DNA of 64,000 nt from Candidatus Poribacteria bacterium (lineage in GTDB: Bacteria; Poribacteria; WGA-4E; WGA-3G). Below are positions 63,334 to 64,000 of the stretch, piece by piece. Location: NCBI GenBank assembly GCA_026706025.1, contig JAPOZO010000052.1, positions 48,337 through 112,336 of the forward strand, in the 5' to 3' direction. Position 1 is the stretch's first letter. The number at the start of each line of letters is the position of its first letter. The notes below the pieces were generated by a model. The model was not told the origin of the DNA. It ran no database searches and was given only the letters and a program-made list of their open reading frames with translations. A program made the position numbers and the translations under genes.

Positions 63334-64000
63334 CTATATAACGTCGTAGCGCAGGAATGAGATAAATGCTCCCATGAAGAATAGGACGTTTAATACCACG
63401 AGTATCATAATGTCCAATGTTGCGCGTTGCAGACTATTACCAATGCCTTCGCTCCGTTCCTTAAACCTTGGGATTTTGCTCAAATCAAAAGGTTCCTCGA
63501 ATTCAGTTGTAAACCATCTACGTGAAGAAAATATTTTTTCGTCTCTTAGATAGTCGACCCATTCACGACGATATTGTCGCGTCTGTTCCATAAATCGCCA
63601 GAAACTTCTGAGATCTGTTTCTGCCAGAATTGCAGCAGCATTATAATAAACCGCTGCCGGAGATATACGGGATATGTTTAGTGCTAATAGAGACTGTCGG
63701 TTTGGATTTTTGTCGAGATATGCTTTGCGTACTTGCCATATCCGATCGGCGTATTGTGCACGGAGGTTTTCCTTGAATTCGTAACACTCTTGGGCAAGAG
63801 GCAAGCCTTTTTCATTCCGAAAACCGCTCGCACTGACTGTCTCTCCACTGTCGTAATCATTGACACCTGATCGGGAACCCATACCACTGGGATTGGCGAG
63901 ATTAAGAGAATTCTCAACGCCTCGTTTCTGTAAATAATCTTTGACTTCGGCTTCATATTGCTTCCACAAGTCGCCTGCCTGCCCTTTATACGACTCCTCT
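63334..64000 (-). CDS. Paralogous ABC-2-type permease-like protein, C-terminal part (5' end beyond window)
   Basis: The frame is open to the window edge. Aligns with the C-terminal 220 aa of the downstream paralog, including the final TM ending FLRYDVI. Confidence 0.5.
   Translation of the reverse strand, partial: EESYKGQAGDLWKQYEAEVKDYLQKRGVENSLNLANPSGMGSRSGVNDYDSGETVSASGFRNEKGLPLAQECYEFKENLRAQYADRIWQVRKAYLDKNPNRQSLLALNISRISPAAVYYNAAAILAETDLRSFWRFMEQTRQYRREWVDYLRDEKIFSSRRWFTTEFEEPFDLSKIPRFKERSEGIGNSLQRATLDIMILVVLNVLFFMGAFISFLRYDVI

Noticed and set aside
1-64000. Search for tRNA, rRNA, tmRNA, integrase or transposase genes
   Set aside because: No conserved tRNA features such as GTTCGAATC were seen in any intergenic region. 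No rRNA-like stretches were found. No ORF has transposase or integrase motifs. None are reported.

Overview
64-kb bacterial chromosomal segment, about 50% GC, with compact operons and at least 45 credible protein-coding genes. No rRNA, tRNA, CRISPR array, transposase or integrase was found.

Housekeeping genes: accA, glyA, folC, an H+-pyrophosphatase (hppA), ilvD, the ilvB-ilvN-ilvC cluster, tmk, holB, metG, a Fe/Mn superoxide dismutase and ggt. Genes suggestive of a PVC-like or candidate-phylum heterotroph: a Cys-type sulfatase, a DUF1549/DUF1553 protein, a PmoA-family protein paired with a Gfo/Idh/MocA oxidoreductase, LamG/DUF1080 jellyroll exoproteins and an FG-GAP protein.

Non-coding content: the intergenic space is dominated by interspersed palindromic repeat families. 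The most abundant is a 90-180-bp element with tandem CAGTTNT heptads at one end and complementary AACTGNC heptads at the other, present at least 9 times and found even between the ilvBNC cistrons. A T-box riboswitch with an intrinsic terminator precedes ilvB. A roughly 130-nt conserved leader is shared by hppA and an unlinked lactonase gene. A 252-bp MITE-like element with 22-bp terminal inverted repeats lies after ilvC.

Most novel coding observation: four signal-peptide-bearing jellyroll proteins, two of them a recent tandem duplicate, all end in a conserved tail ([DE]P-K-x-K-L-A-[TV]-x-W-[AG]-x-L-K) that looks like an undescribed C-terminal sorting or targeting tag.

Accessory content: a low-GC, minus-strand islet at 3.0-6.2 kb carries an ANT(2'')-like nucleotidyltransferase, a P-loop kinase, a tautomerase, a GIY-YIG nuclease and an HD protein. 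The window also holds a hicAB toxin-antitoxin pair and an orphan AddB-like helicase-nuclease with no adjacent AddA.
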